Shown here: in pieces, positions 18,801-22,248 of the stretch | Numbering within the stretch: position 1 is the first letter of the stretch | Layout of the letters: each line of letters opens with the position of its first letter | Assembly: GCA_001724265.1 (NCBI GenBank) | Contig: MEDY01000197.1 | Location: 62,001-84,248, forward strand | Direction: 5' to 3' | From: Rhizaria sp. SCN 62-66 | Taxonomy: Eukaryota | Length of the DNA stretch: 22,248 nucleotides | Translations under genes and position numbers: made by a program | Notes under the pieces: model-generated | The model's database searches: none | What the model was told of the DNA's origin: nothing | Seen by the model: the letters and a program-made list of their open reading frames with translations, nothing else

Positions 18801-19134
18801 GCTGTCCGACTTTCTTGCCGAGAACGCGCACGAGACGTGGGCGGAGCAGAAGCTGCGCGCCGGGTGGCGTCCGGGCGCGGTGCGCGACGAGGAAAAGCGC
18901 CTGCACCCGCTGCTGGTGCCCTACGTTGACCTCTCGCCCGCGGACCAGGAGGAGAACCGCCGTGTGGCGGACGCGTGTTTGACCGCGATTGCGGACGCTG
19001 GACTCGTCGTCATTGTTGTCGACGGTTCCAGTGCGCTTGCGGCTGCGGTTGGGCTTGACGCGTCGACGCACGAGCCGCGCAAAAGCCCTGCACCGTGGAT
19101 TTCGGCCACGCCGTCGATCGGAGGTCGGTTTTGA
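3322..19134 (+). CDS. Giant 5270-aa multidomain signalling protein: PTEN-like phosphoinositide 3-phosphatase, split C2, split RhoGEF (DH), split PH-like domain, two RyR repeats
   Basis: A single stop-free ORF bounded by AT-richer DNA. Recognisable domain motifs occur in the same frame at both ends and in between (see sub-features). Ends with TGA at 19132-19134. Confidence 0.92.
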   Translation: MNFVRRKISQNKHRHVSGRFDLDLTYITPRIIAMGYPAVGFESVYRNVRQDVVNFLDETHGAYYRVFNVCAEPDYIYDRSVFHGRLSSYPFPDHNPASLLTVADFCADAATWLLADPRNVVAVHCKAGRGRTGFIIACLLLYLGTTPSARTAVDLFSQRRTRDGAAVHQPSQLRYVAAVALLCRVSHHMAAVQTVREEVATAAAAAAAAAAAASTASRTHTLPHSNSNLHSHGGGMSPAGPLTPRTPHTPHTPTPGSALAAAAATAPGATTPHLQSQSQTPAQTPGRSYGPAVPPPQSFSSPFAPAGFAPASSSSSYIPAATVSSNSNAVAAAVVGSAAANAVALPPWSPLMPAFLPPPVGPAAGALAPQLTGEPPTPFSASASASSTNGGSAFGSPASVASYGAQQQHPPTPGTPALSHAHAFGGRGPRPAHASPPPHSHLHSQYGPSPGLAQTPSAAPRASVFMSPYTPQHLAHARPSAVWAAPWSPSPSVSLNNAGPFGNHHHHNNNNNVAGDSANNTPAVSTLGALPSTAALAASAAASAAAEAAALAADPIAGAIERAARLLDPRALALHGGLALPVGRRARGLGSLSSSSSSAAATAAALGAAGDDGGAWSDSSSSASGGSGCDDDDRVAGATGGSGCDDDDESATNESGTETDAESHSRSQSQSQHPGAAQDEHKGSSGGRSGLRRNRRDRVAASRHHDDGASRNARSVHPDGGADSEASDCGSDCVHECDLDDAQASEFELASGAARATPAAAAVALTAALCDDPACPSAALPHTHVVRPMKPQRRRRAGSSATVSSRKLVAMPSTLSSLLPRARTSFESLLHPHLNHGRRSGPAAAASASAAAYASARALQAASAVSGAASSGEALLTRVYIRTASAGPLALPPGCLDLLPAAALAAAPTPGPAPAPPTVLAARAQALLAPAQSRLTSLLSRALGRNRVRVVRFELYQGADLLASATVIPTLELLPSLAQSAGAAKDADAAAAVAAAQDETADFSAGSPANGGNNVNLNTSSSAAGNVPVMPTPSPDTPAVANASGATTPTTGSASPAAAEVPVPYALSYIWRVPPRHALRSPAPALIAVPSKVVARAVARHAAAAAATVAATAAAAPDPGLGPVPVSAGASVAGSGASDVGGPSAAAFTGSGAGVGATAGQSAEETCLVPLMVPGPYVGGLLLRGDVRLIIADAGAVPVAAVAAASLVRSLETARERRRATVAAAAAASTNEMAAARAAADADVAADAAADVATPGIVRDIDSISEVRGGTSQSVFANPRSIADSQPSRTSSRPSSATLSAAATNPTSCPHSDRALALLTALCTAAATALAPHVASARDAAAEAASGAAAGGGAATLGRLAFHSLLLPGPLLEVRAPDVDVAGEALDQVLRGLGGIGGSAAAAAAASASAAASSAATVGAGDADTELVSSASVAAAAAAASMSGSFSASGTANDSPLPAPGGRKPLPALNVAATPRMGARKSEILSSTATPGIAAANAAATSAVAAAGTSAFGSLPLFHQQQLLLTQQSGPQHRSGSAAQTTAEAAVTHKAATRRARAVRASDLLFGEHTVLGLSFVVPKPAFVFAGNGSADGAASLCPLPAPTPADAVEAAALRWATLQHRRARRQRARAAKSSTHSSTTATAAAAAAAAAAAQAASMPPLSALYSAAPGLSVGSASEAVLYDALIDALYPSCPFRFRSRTTTPHPTAHPTGLDSAAIAALYARAGNAGAAARTQALQLLPAPPPRAALALSRSIDALIRAATAPNADRATAAAADRALRGFAASGALARAFQARAVASLWRSVTGVYAPEVHALWALSAGVAAPGRPLLALLAAARGLTLMRAQPAAATGAPSVVWLGTSGREGGVVAGAGALSSRAATAVEDAAGAIARAFASELALLAPSAPAPGWRAASAASAAAKELLQLREALDRHLLSLSQRLTAVAAAGGVMDVSPPTITGSVLGYVGSPSANEAARLRLTQRPQGALATGALGHGLIGSGPLSRPSSAALRELSLSPAESVDNDNDANDEVANEAGTHSRSATVANNQTVHMLSVPDLVPRGRADSLHSDRQARPTSALSSVTTASTGAVRDLLIQAATADSVVSSSAISFGRRAPPPRSLTQSGSSVHSPRQTDSAQQRSASTSPECPENNTNNSSGKQGGGGARGSRRAAVGKGSVPVRPSQSTTSRVRVLSNNRASYNVSECSQDGEGGSGGGGFLSTIALDLSASAAAATVALADGATLLDQLMTAPSPQSRAASGLAHRGGRSASSAAMFVAAGNSVLLAPGQVNSPPTVVALPGATLGDSNNASNNNTKLSAYAEVVPDAARSPLDDDDSALPSLALNMRWSNSGSGPSSARDSRPGSRSLCRGSPRAASGGIGVGSRAGSRAASRSRSRSRDARLLCSTGNYMLPLPTTLDPNAKPLPGSNSGCGEVFSPDGGAVSRSRSPSRTPRLTPRLTPRLTPRLTPRQSPLVTGLTTFSEESDYFASGSNAPPPLMLGVAPSGDSIATSSVSVAFADGGSSSLSSLTGPGALLRSRRTRPLSVVIEDPLGFACAAASPAAAAAGTVGTGPVLHLEQSPRARRNSIDDITPRQSPRSLSGTNSSASMHSTSAAAAAAAAVSSVLSPTGLVGAAQISAFGLRGFRGATLDIQAENTWSSAASNDANDVSSIANTLSGPRPLLAPTPVRSSGATASGGSMAERLVRSPYDGHAPHSIGDGSSASTENSPPDMLLRRLDTTANLNIADGNGGDVDSDEDNDSLQSSHEVAPALVHAARVATTTALPMMPTPKTSGMRSPQRRIESPPPNVGTRGSSSAVTLRTGSSSTPTSLSTSSAASPTSANAPVPEVPTAPPSSTHLASPLCPSGSTRGMQPRTVFTFGSTAAPSASAAGSAVVSPRAAMAMGQPPVHPGSAAGSPRNGYGPAAQMSPLPQRHRRQLSSSGLVLPLLTPRTSLVGAGLGLPLNGGAGSDGVVHNALHVSPPGVMSDVRSPGSSAPATPCRSNELAARLSTALPIAIAITAPPGAAPLLVATPAGSVNASLNSHSHSGALTMRAAPAAAGRSEWLASAHRLGRMRQRVRQLVLELLTGETAYDATLASLERPFVSPMAALLRADRARARTAAAAATAGVLPSRLVAARMNHTAAPAPASSAVPGMLAVGGGGLAVACDGCVAIEPHPTWLNIVPSLAAPVCAPTLGMPPAIGVAAAQALASLAQALTSLSSSSGAGSASATTTGTASSLCAMPQTPGTTVTSFLPPAPSPALSGRSHSPHSTTIRSVTAMAAPVVVSIAAHGGAHGGASVPRSRPTPTPTPVPLPWGAPIGSGLVAASPSPSISLTASDRAATAAAATAAAPAASLGDGGDEFTPVVSGAALRRTGGASGSFSTHMPTRRGASLSVSVAASNAQSNSHLHPYLTAHQPLGSTSVASNGGATQPTPPGTHQSLALAQGLLSSSSGVSDRGVAASERLGPRRTPYEVAMTPALSTTPSTADSHMPYMALMPPASQTGPASYAATPLFGPLSGPAVLATTAAATGQLSSPAALAAAATTGAWDWAAHRRAAWSLLGEPGAGGFLPLRSDGNLDFQHVPFAQEAATDAVTTAMAQLSAAGGASMGGGIRIALPYVPAGPLATDSGDEEMFTVGSSSAAFATAISPDGTAAVSGLSRMAAGAVILNVPSLAPASVFAAASWPLASSTAGAGASAVALLALPAQPHAPSTAMPSYPPQLPLASLSLTAHVRTLLGPLPQLLRQHRRFAARLNAVLSSAIVLSSDAAQAATGDFGSGGGGGGWDDDDDDDGSWDNSFPPSHSPSHASGAVATVINAEGSEARSLAALTRAVASAFASTAPSSVLINGTGSGTGATSTRAGAVQSLGQLYAAYVRQAPRSVRVLGLIDRAGPYPVAAARAAAAAPAGATAATLAAAVTDSAPATGLVEAASELNWNVLGAAAVVAAAAAAAASMPSVSTSSSSASMSAATAAAVSGGKASATNGHSASQAAAVAVECGVFTPEHPLARLCQCAPGTCSSSLTSPAAVSALTATANAVISAGAANSNGGNSGASTVALPSRSIMATSAAAAAAAASVAAAANAVVVNAASAAVSAATALALTACGAPAAAAAASGSASSASFDVLTPTPSAASATAAGSLGGAAGDGRTELSVYLSALRLHLRGRRGHGRGLDLGSLLIAPVHRVIVYRSLLTDLRAAVAAAIVLAREVAAQRRVSAGLARVRNAADPAAALRELVRNGPAGLAPPTPTATAAHSPSHGDAAGAQSFFTTAQQQQQQHQPGSGASSAAATPAQGRLSKLLVAPSGFARRPARGDNVDPGVAAALAEAEECEALLPLLDRALRAVSLMHDEALPSSSPTGTTTAAATTAAAAAANALPASGSGRGTPSLGGSGSAAGVSPAPGSGGVSASTGDARPAALASFARQDRRGGASKVLPPRGPSSFSPAPKPTVAARPPMVLPVTPASSISASTATAPVAASSPRRDDDSSDATPSPMPMPRVQRRGSLTAALEEHQAYISMAAAEAAAAGAAAAAAAAADVELGTETEEERSVKRRPSSTSRTTPHLDRLKTAPVRGDTADGDEQDVLIDTFPDESPSRSSSAPPSPSVSPRQSLALAPQQPAAAVAPMELVFECVKAKLLGRSTARVMIISPSARSLTITKDVTVIAAVASSSEWAARHGNGGGAAVGSSGASSSYTSSSGTTRKSSTIGNDMSECSVSRITAAARPGPGAALESVADDSTSEWVPGDTSLASFTTYGPGAAPAVAGGGNIEVSVSRLAMATQSHPVAASARAAADRSQFVSGPGSLGAIAAAAAPGVSFVMYRNTVVSCSVVSSGKYKERAVVLKFYKDSSGHSSAARQQGAAPNASGGKSVRRLLRMQAEAKYVFPSTEVCQQFYSMLRVYVLSEPAPGAQPAVAFTRDATPTMLTQAPSSTVLGSTLDRGRLGTPSLLAPGPTTSFSDRTSSSTPGVGDTMFGGVSNSPALPTGFSPANGGGANTPAGAMVEFVPQPLRPTPAQRRTVAALPTGTVETIASRMHTCWVVGRVADGWRWGAVTAGAAKTHALLVPAEDLPLNEWRAAVELAVSSLSAIFALGCAVAPASTPPSTSSFATTQSHGGQDHAQSHHVGGHGSPGAGVSASSGNSNGSAATQGAAVQGAALVLLSDFLAENAHETWAEQKLRAGWRPGAVRDEEKRLHPLLVPYVDLSPADQEENRRVADACLTAIADAGLVVIVVDGSSALAAAVGLDASTHEPRKSPAPWISATPSIGGRF
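3925..3948 (+). repeat. (GCC)8 microsatellite within a poly-Ala tract
   Basis: Eight perfect gcc codons followed by gca gcc gcc gca, immediately after the phosphatase domain. Confidence 0.9.
5188..5265 (+). repeat. In-frame duplication with 45-nt period (A[S/T]GGSGCDDDD x2)
   Basis: gccagcggcggcagcggctgcgacgatgatgac at 5188 and gccaccggcggcagcggctgcgacgacgacgac at 5233. Confidence 0.8.
5938..8058 (+). other. Fragmented PTEN/tensin-type C2 domain (aa ~873-1579)
   Basis: Beta-strand-like islands in PTEN-C2 order: EALLTRVYIRT (5938), RVRVVRFELYQGADLLAS (6160), LLLRGDVRLIIAD (6862; cf. LPVCGDIKVEFF), LGRLAFHSLLLPGPLLEVRAPDVDVA (7390; cf. MFHFWVNTFFIPGP..LTLTKNDLDKA), DLLFGEHTVLGLSFVVP (8008; cf. 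YFSPNFKVKLYF). Confidence 0.65.
10660..10737 (+). repeat. Tetrapeptide repeat SPSR-(TPRL)4-TPRQ-SP
   Basis: 12-nt period at the protein level with synonymously diverged codons. Confidence 0.9.
12550..16374 (+). other. Fragmented Dbl-homology (RhoGEF) domain (aa ~3077-4351)
   Basis: CR1 RVRQLVLELLTGETAYDATLASLERPFVSPM (12550); VRTLLGPLPQLLRQHRRFAARL (14521); LGQLYAAYVRQAPRSVRVL (14923); CR3 GLDLGSLLIAPVHRVIVYRSLLTDL (15835); final helix LLDRALRAVSLMHDE (16330). All are in canonical DH order. Confidence 0.82.
17200..18030 (+). other. Fragmented PH-like domain (aa ~4627-4903)
   Basis: MELVFECVKAKLLGRSTARVMIISPSARSLTITKD (strands 1-3), then a ~150-aa insert, then SFVMYRNTVVSCSVV, RAVVLKFYKD, AKYVFPS and the C-terminal helix TEVCQQFYSMLRVYV. 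It follows the DH domain as in Dbl-family proteins. Confidence 0.62.
18334..18612 (+). other. RyR (ryanodine receptor) repeat 1, divergent
   Basis: FVPQPL..TVETIASRMHTCWVVGRVADGWRWG..KTHALLVPAEDLP..SLSAIFALGCAV matches the RyR repeat pattern FxPxP..LAENxHxxW..GWxYG..HPxLVxxxxL..LxALG. Confidence 0.82.
18793..19014 (+). other. RyR repeat 2, near canonical
   Basis: LSDFLAENAHETWAEQKLRAGWRPGAVRDEEKRLHPLLVPYVDLSPADQEENRRVADACLTAIADAG. Confidence 0.93.
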
Positions 19135-20122
19135 TTCTGCTGCATCAAGCAACTCAATGCACTCATTGAACTCTTTTTTCTCTCTTTTATGAACTTTATA
19201 TGATGTCTTCTATAATCGCAATGATATTATTTCGGACAAAACTAAGAAATATATCTCGCAGCACGAGCAAATGCAGGGTGGTTTGATTGAACGCGTGATC
19301 ATCAAGCTATAAGATTTGCTTCGTTGATCCTTATGACTGTCGCAGGTGACGCTTCCATTGTCGGCATTGTACCATAATGATATCCGCCTACATTGCAACT
19401 GTGTAACTTAATAGATCTTTTTTGTTTTACATAACGATCTGACCACACAAATGTTCTATTATTCACAGCCTCACACTACGGCGTTTTTAACTCCAACTTT
19501 AGCGGTAAAGCTTACTACGTAGTTGTATCAAAGATATGACGGTAATTAGTATTAATGATATTAGTAGTTGTAACCCTGTGGACAAAGTTCAATATGGTGG
19601 TTTCTGACGGAACGCGGTAAATGCGAGGGTTCCTTGAAGGTCCTGACCTAGGCCTCTTTAAAGCATTGAAATATCTCAGCACTATGTTGCCAAGTGAGAA
19701 TGTAACACAGTAGATCGTACATATAATGCCAATTAACTAGATAAACAACTTAAATCGTCTGGCACGATCATGCGGAGGCGACGGATTTGGAAGGCGACTT
19801 TATCTTTTTCCACTCGAGGGCATGAGCACTGGCCAGCGGCGGCACGTGTTCCTTTGAAGTCTTTGTGAGGGATGCGAGCAAATTTGTATTCAATATTTGA
19901 GGATACAAGTACAAAAAACTGACACAAATGTACATATATATAACAACAAAAAGTACGTACAACTCAGCCAGCTGAAGGAACTGCGACGTGAACTCCACGG
20001 TCATTCATGGCGTCCAGCGCAAACATCGACAATTTGCCTGCCTGGAAATGAGCCAGTCTAAATCGACATCCTACTCTCGATTCGCCGCTGACTTGACATA
20101 ACAATTGAGTTGAAGGGGACGT

Positions 20123-20155
20123 TGAGCTGCGACTACGGCGCTGAGCTGTGACTAC
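20123..20155 (+). repeat. 14-bp direct repeat (13/14 identical, 19-nt period)
   Basis: tgagctgcgactac (20123-20136) and tgagctgtgactac (20142-20155). Confidence 0.7.
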
Positions 20156-20283
20156 CTTATGCCTTGCGCTCGCCCATCGCATCGGGGCACTGTCATGCTC
20201 GCAGACACGCGTCAAAGAGCAACTAGTTCCCAGGCACTCATTCACTCCACTCATATCATGCCACGAAGTCACTCACACACAGA

Positions 20284-20337
20284 TTGCTCACTGCGAAGCA
20301 TTGCTCACTGCAAAACGGTGCTCACTGCGAAGCATTG
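20284..20337 (-). repeat. Three tandem 17-bp units spanning the stop codon of the - strand gene
   Basis: On the + strand: ttgctcactgcgaagca / ttgctcactgcaaaacg / gtgctcactgcgaagca / ttg. Confidence 0.9.
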
Positions 20338-20476
20338 TCGATGCCGGCCCCCGCGGCAGAGGAGGGCGAGAGCAGCTTGTTCTGGCTCTCACGCTTATAC
20401 CGCAGCAGCTCCGCGTTAAGCTTTTCCATCGTCGCCGAGGGGCGGCTTGACTTCTTCGGAGTCTGATGCTGCTGAC

Positions 20477-20508
<32 letters not shown>

Positions 20509-21650
20509 GCCTGCTGAGGGTTCTGGCGAGGCTGCTGCTGAGACAGCTGCTGCTGCTTTGACTGTTGCTGCTGTTGCTGGTTCTTGCCCTGGTTCTGCTT
20601 GTTGTTGCCCTGCTTGTTGTTGTTGTTAGCACTGTTGCGCTGCTGCTGCTGCTGCTTCTGGTTATTGTTGTTGTTATTGTTCCCACGTTGCTGCTGCTGC
20701 TGAAGACGCTGCTGCTGCTGTTGCTGTTGAGAGCGCTGTCCCACCGTGGCGGCCACAGTGCCGGAACGGCGCGACGGCGTAGTTGCGCGTGTCTGCGTCA
20801 GCGTCTGCGTCTGCGTCTGAGTGCGCGACGGCGTTTGTGCGCGCGCCGGAGAGCGACTCGTCGTGCAATTCAGCGGCACGCGCGGCGTCGTCATCAGTCC
20901 CGCCGTCGTCGTCGCGGGGCGGCGCGACGGCGTCTGCGACCGCGACGCAGTGTGCGCAGCGGTGGCAGCAGCGGGCAGAGAGGCTGTGGGTTTAACTGGT
21001 CCGCCAGCGCGGCCGGTCGTGGTGGGGCGCACCATAGGGTGGCGCGGCTGCGGCGCAGAGCGAACGGGCGTCTGTGAGCGCGCCAGGGGCTGCGTGCGGG
21101 CCAGCGACGACGAGCGCGACTGGGGGCGCGACGACGACACCGGCGTCCGGTCACGCATTGCACGCGGAGCGGCAGCGGCGACCGATGGGGGCGGACCGGG
21201 GAGAGGACGCTGGGGCACGCGGGTGAGGCGCGAGAGCGTCGCAGCCGACAGCGTGCCGCCGGCAATGGACCCCGAGCGCGAGCGCGAGGCGGAGGGCGTG
21301 CGGGACGCAGCGGCAGTGGACACTTGGCGTTGGCGGTTGAGCATCGTCTGGCGCTGCTCCTGCTGGCGGCGCGTCTGCTCCTCGCGGCGCACCTGCGTCG
21401 AGCGCGCCGTGCCGCGCGGCTGTTGTTGCGCGGGGGACGCCATCGTGCGCGGCGGGGCCGGGTGCGCGGGCGTGGTACGCGCGTGCAGACTAGCGGCGAC
21501 GCGCGAGGTGGCGGACGCGTTAGAGCCCATCCCCCACGGCTTGTTGTGCTGGCCACCGACCTGGCGGCGAGAGGCCTTCTGCTTCGCCATCTCAGCGAAA
21601 CGCTCGTTGAGCGTCAGTGGGCGCTGTTGCTGCCCTGCGGTGTCACTCAT
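20322..21650 (-). CDS. 442-aa disordered basic protein, Chtop/FOP-like (putative UAP56-binding mRNA-export co-adaptor)
   Basis: The ORF coincides with a GC-rich block and has an in-frame upstream stop. N-terminal LTLNERFAEMAKQK resembles Chtop MSLNERFTNMLKNK, and C-terminal PSATMEKLNAELLRY resembles the FoP_duplication motif LDAELDAY. The ORF is well supported; the family call is moderate. Confidence 0.75.
20466..20730 (-). repeat. CAG/CAA/AAC tracts encoding a Q/N-rich (prion-like) region
   Basis: QQQQQQQRLQQQQQRGNNNNNNNQKQQQQQRNSANNNNKQGNNKQNQGKNQQQQQQ... Confidence 0.9.
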
Positions 21651-22248
21651 ACTCCCAAACGCCTGGCTGTCAAAGTGAAGCCTCCTCTAGGCGGTCTGCG
21701 GCACGCGTGTGAAGTTGAGCAAATGGGGATGCTTAGCGGTTAGAACTGGGGCTGTTTTGTTCGGGATTTATAGACAGCCAATGTCACGACTACAAGTCAT
21801 AGATTCAAATAAATAATATAATGCACACCGATCTATCCTGTCATTCTCAGAGTTCCCTACTGTCGGATGTTATCATGATTATTTCTTCTCTAGTGCTGAA
21901 TGTCCTCTAACGGCCACAATGCCTCTACCCTCGAACAAATAACCAGAACTTTCTAGCATATCTCAATGGGTCTGCAGAGGTTTACGACTTCCATGCTCTC
22001 GTGTCTTACAGAATTGTCTCGGATTTATTATGAAGTACAGCAACCTATTCTGAACCAATAGTCTATTGGATAAAATCTGATTTGTATGAAATGCTGCAGG
22101 ACAGCAATAAAAGCGGCACTGAACTTCCAGGCGCGCTTAAGGTGTTGCTAACTCTTGGAAAGTACAAACTTAATTTTTATTTCCCTTCAATACAGTCTTC
22201 GATATACAGCATAATTGAGCATATTCCTTGGTATCCTTACATATAAAC

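Noticed and set aside
18334-19134. Calling the giant gene a ryanodine or IP3 receptor because of its ~5000-aa size and RyR repeats
   Set aside because: No MIR, RIH, SPRY, pore motif or transmembrane channel region is visible; the size similarity is coincidental.
3559-19192. Dozens of nested and antisense ORFs (up to 475 aa) inside the giant CDS
   Set aside because: Expected from high GC and GCN/TCN/CCN codon bias; they translate to R/A/P-rich strings with no family motifs.
2828-20013. Shared 11-mer attcatggcgt in two spacers (2828 and 20003)
   Set aside because: No positional constraint; a match of this length between kilobase-scale spacers is plausible by chance.
19733-20272. Possible small spliced - strand gene (ORFs 19733..19927, 19768..20004, 19964..20272; GTACGT donor-like site near 19960)
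   Set aside because: No splice combination I tried gave a recognisable protein and codon usage is unlike the real genes; more likely UTR or spacer.
958-20324. Alternative genetic code, since all three genes end in TGA
   Set aside because: No in-frame TAA/TAG occurs in about 6000 codons including long poly-Q tracts, so there is no sign of reassignment; TGA preference fits high GC.
20284-20337. CRISPR-like array
   Set aside because: The units are directly tandem with no unique spacers, only 17 bp long, in a eukaryotic context with no cas genes.
20565-21743. + strand ORFs (170, 285 and 139 aa) over the third gene
   Set aside because: Antisense shadows of the 442-aa - strand CDS, which carries the recognisable motifs.
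22231-22238. GTATCCTT U12-type donor-like word
   Set aside because: Isolated at the window edge with no associated exon.

Overview
This is eukaryotic, probably protist, DNA: GC-rich coding blocks with no obvious introns, AT-richer spacers, poly-Q/poly-A low-complexity proteins and the standard genetic code. It holds three genes. (1) The 3' end of a + strand gene (1-960) with an acidic tract, a Q-rich coiled coil and a short helical C-terminal domain. (2) One uninterrupted 15.8-kb ORF (3322-19134, 5270 aa) in which motif reading gives the order PTEN-type phosphatase with intact CX5R, PTEN-type C2, Dbl-homology RhoGEF (DH), PH-like fold, and a tandem pair of ryanodine-receptor (RyR) repeats. 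The C2, DH and PH domains are broken into their individual strands and helices by long Ala/Ser/Pro/Gly-rich inserts. (3) A convergent - strand gene (20322-21650) with Chtop/FOP-like terminal motifs but no RGG core. The main candidate for novelty is the PTEN-C2-DH-PH-RyR fusion and its fragmented domains. All domain calls come from by-eye comparison with remembered family consensus; no database search was run.
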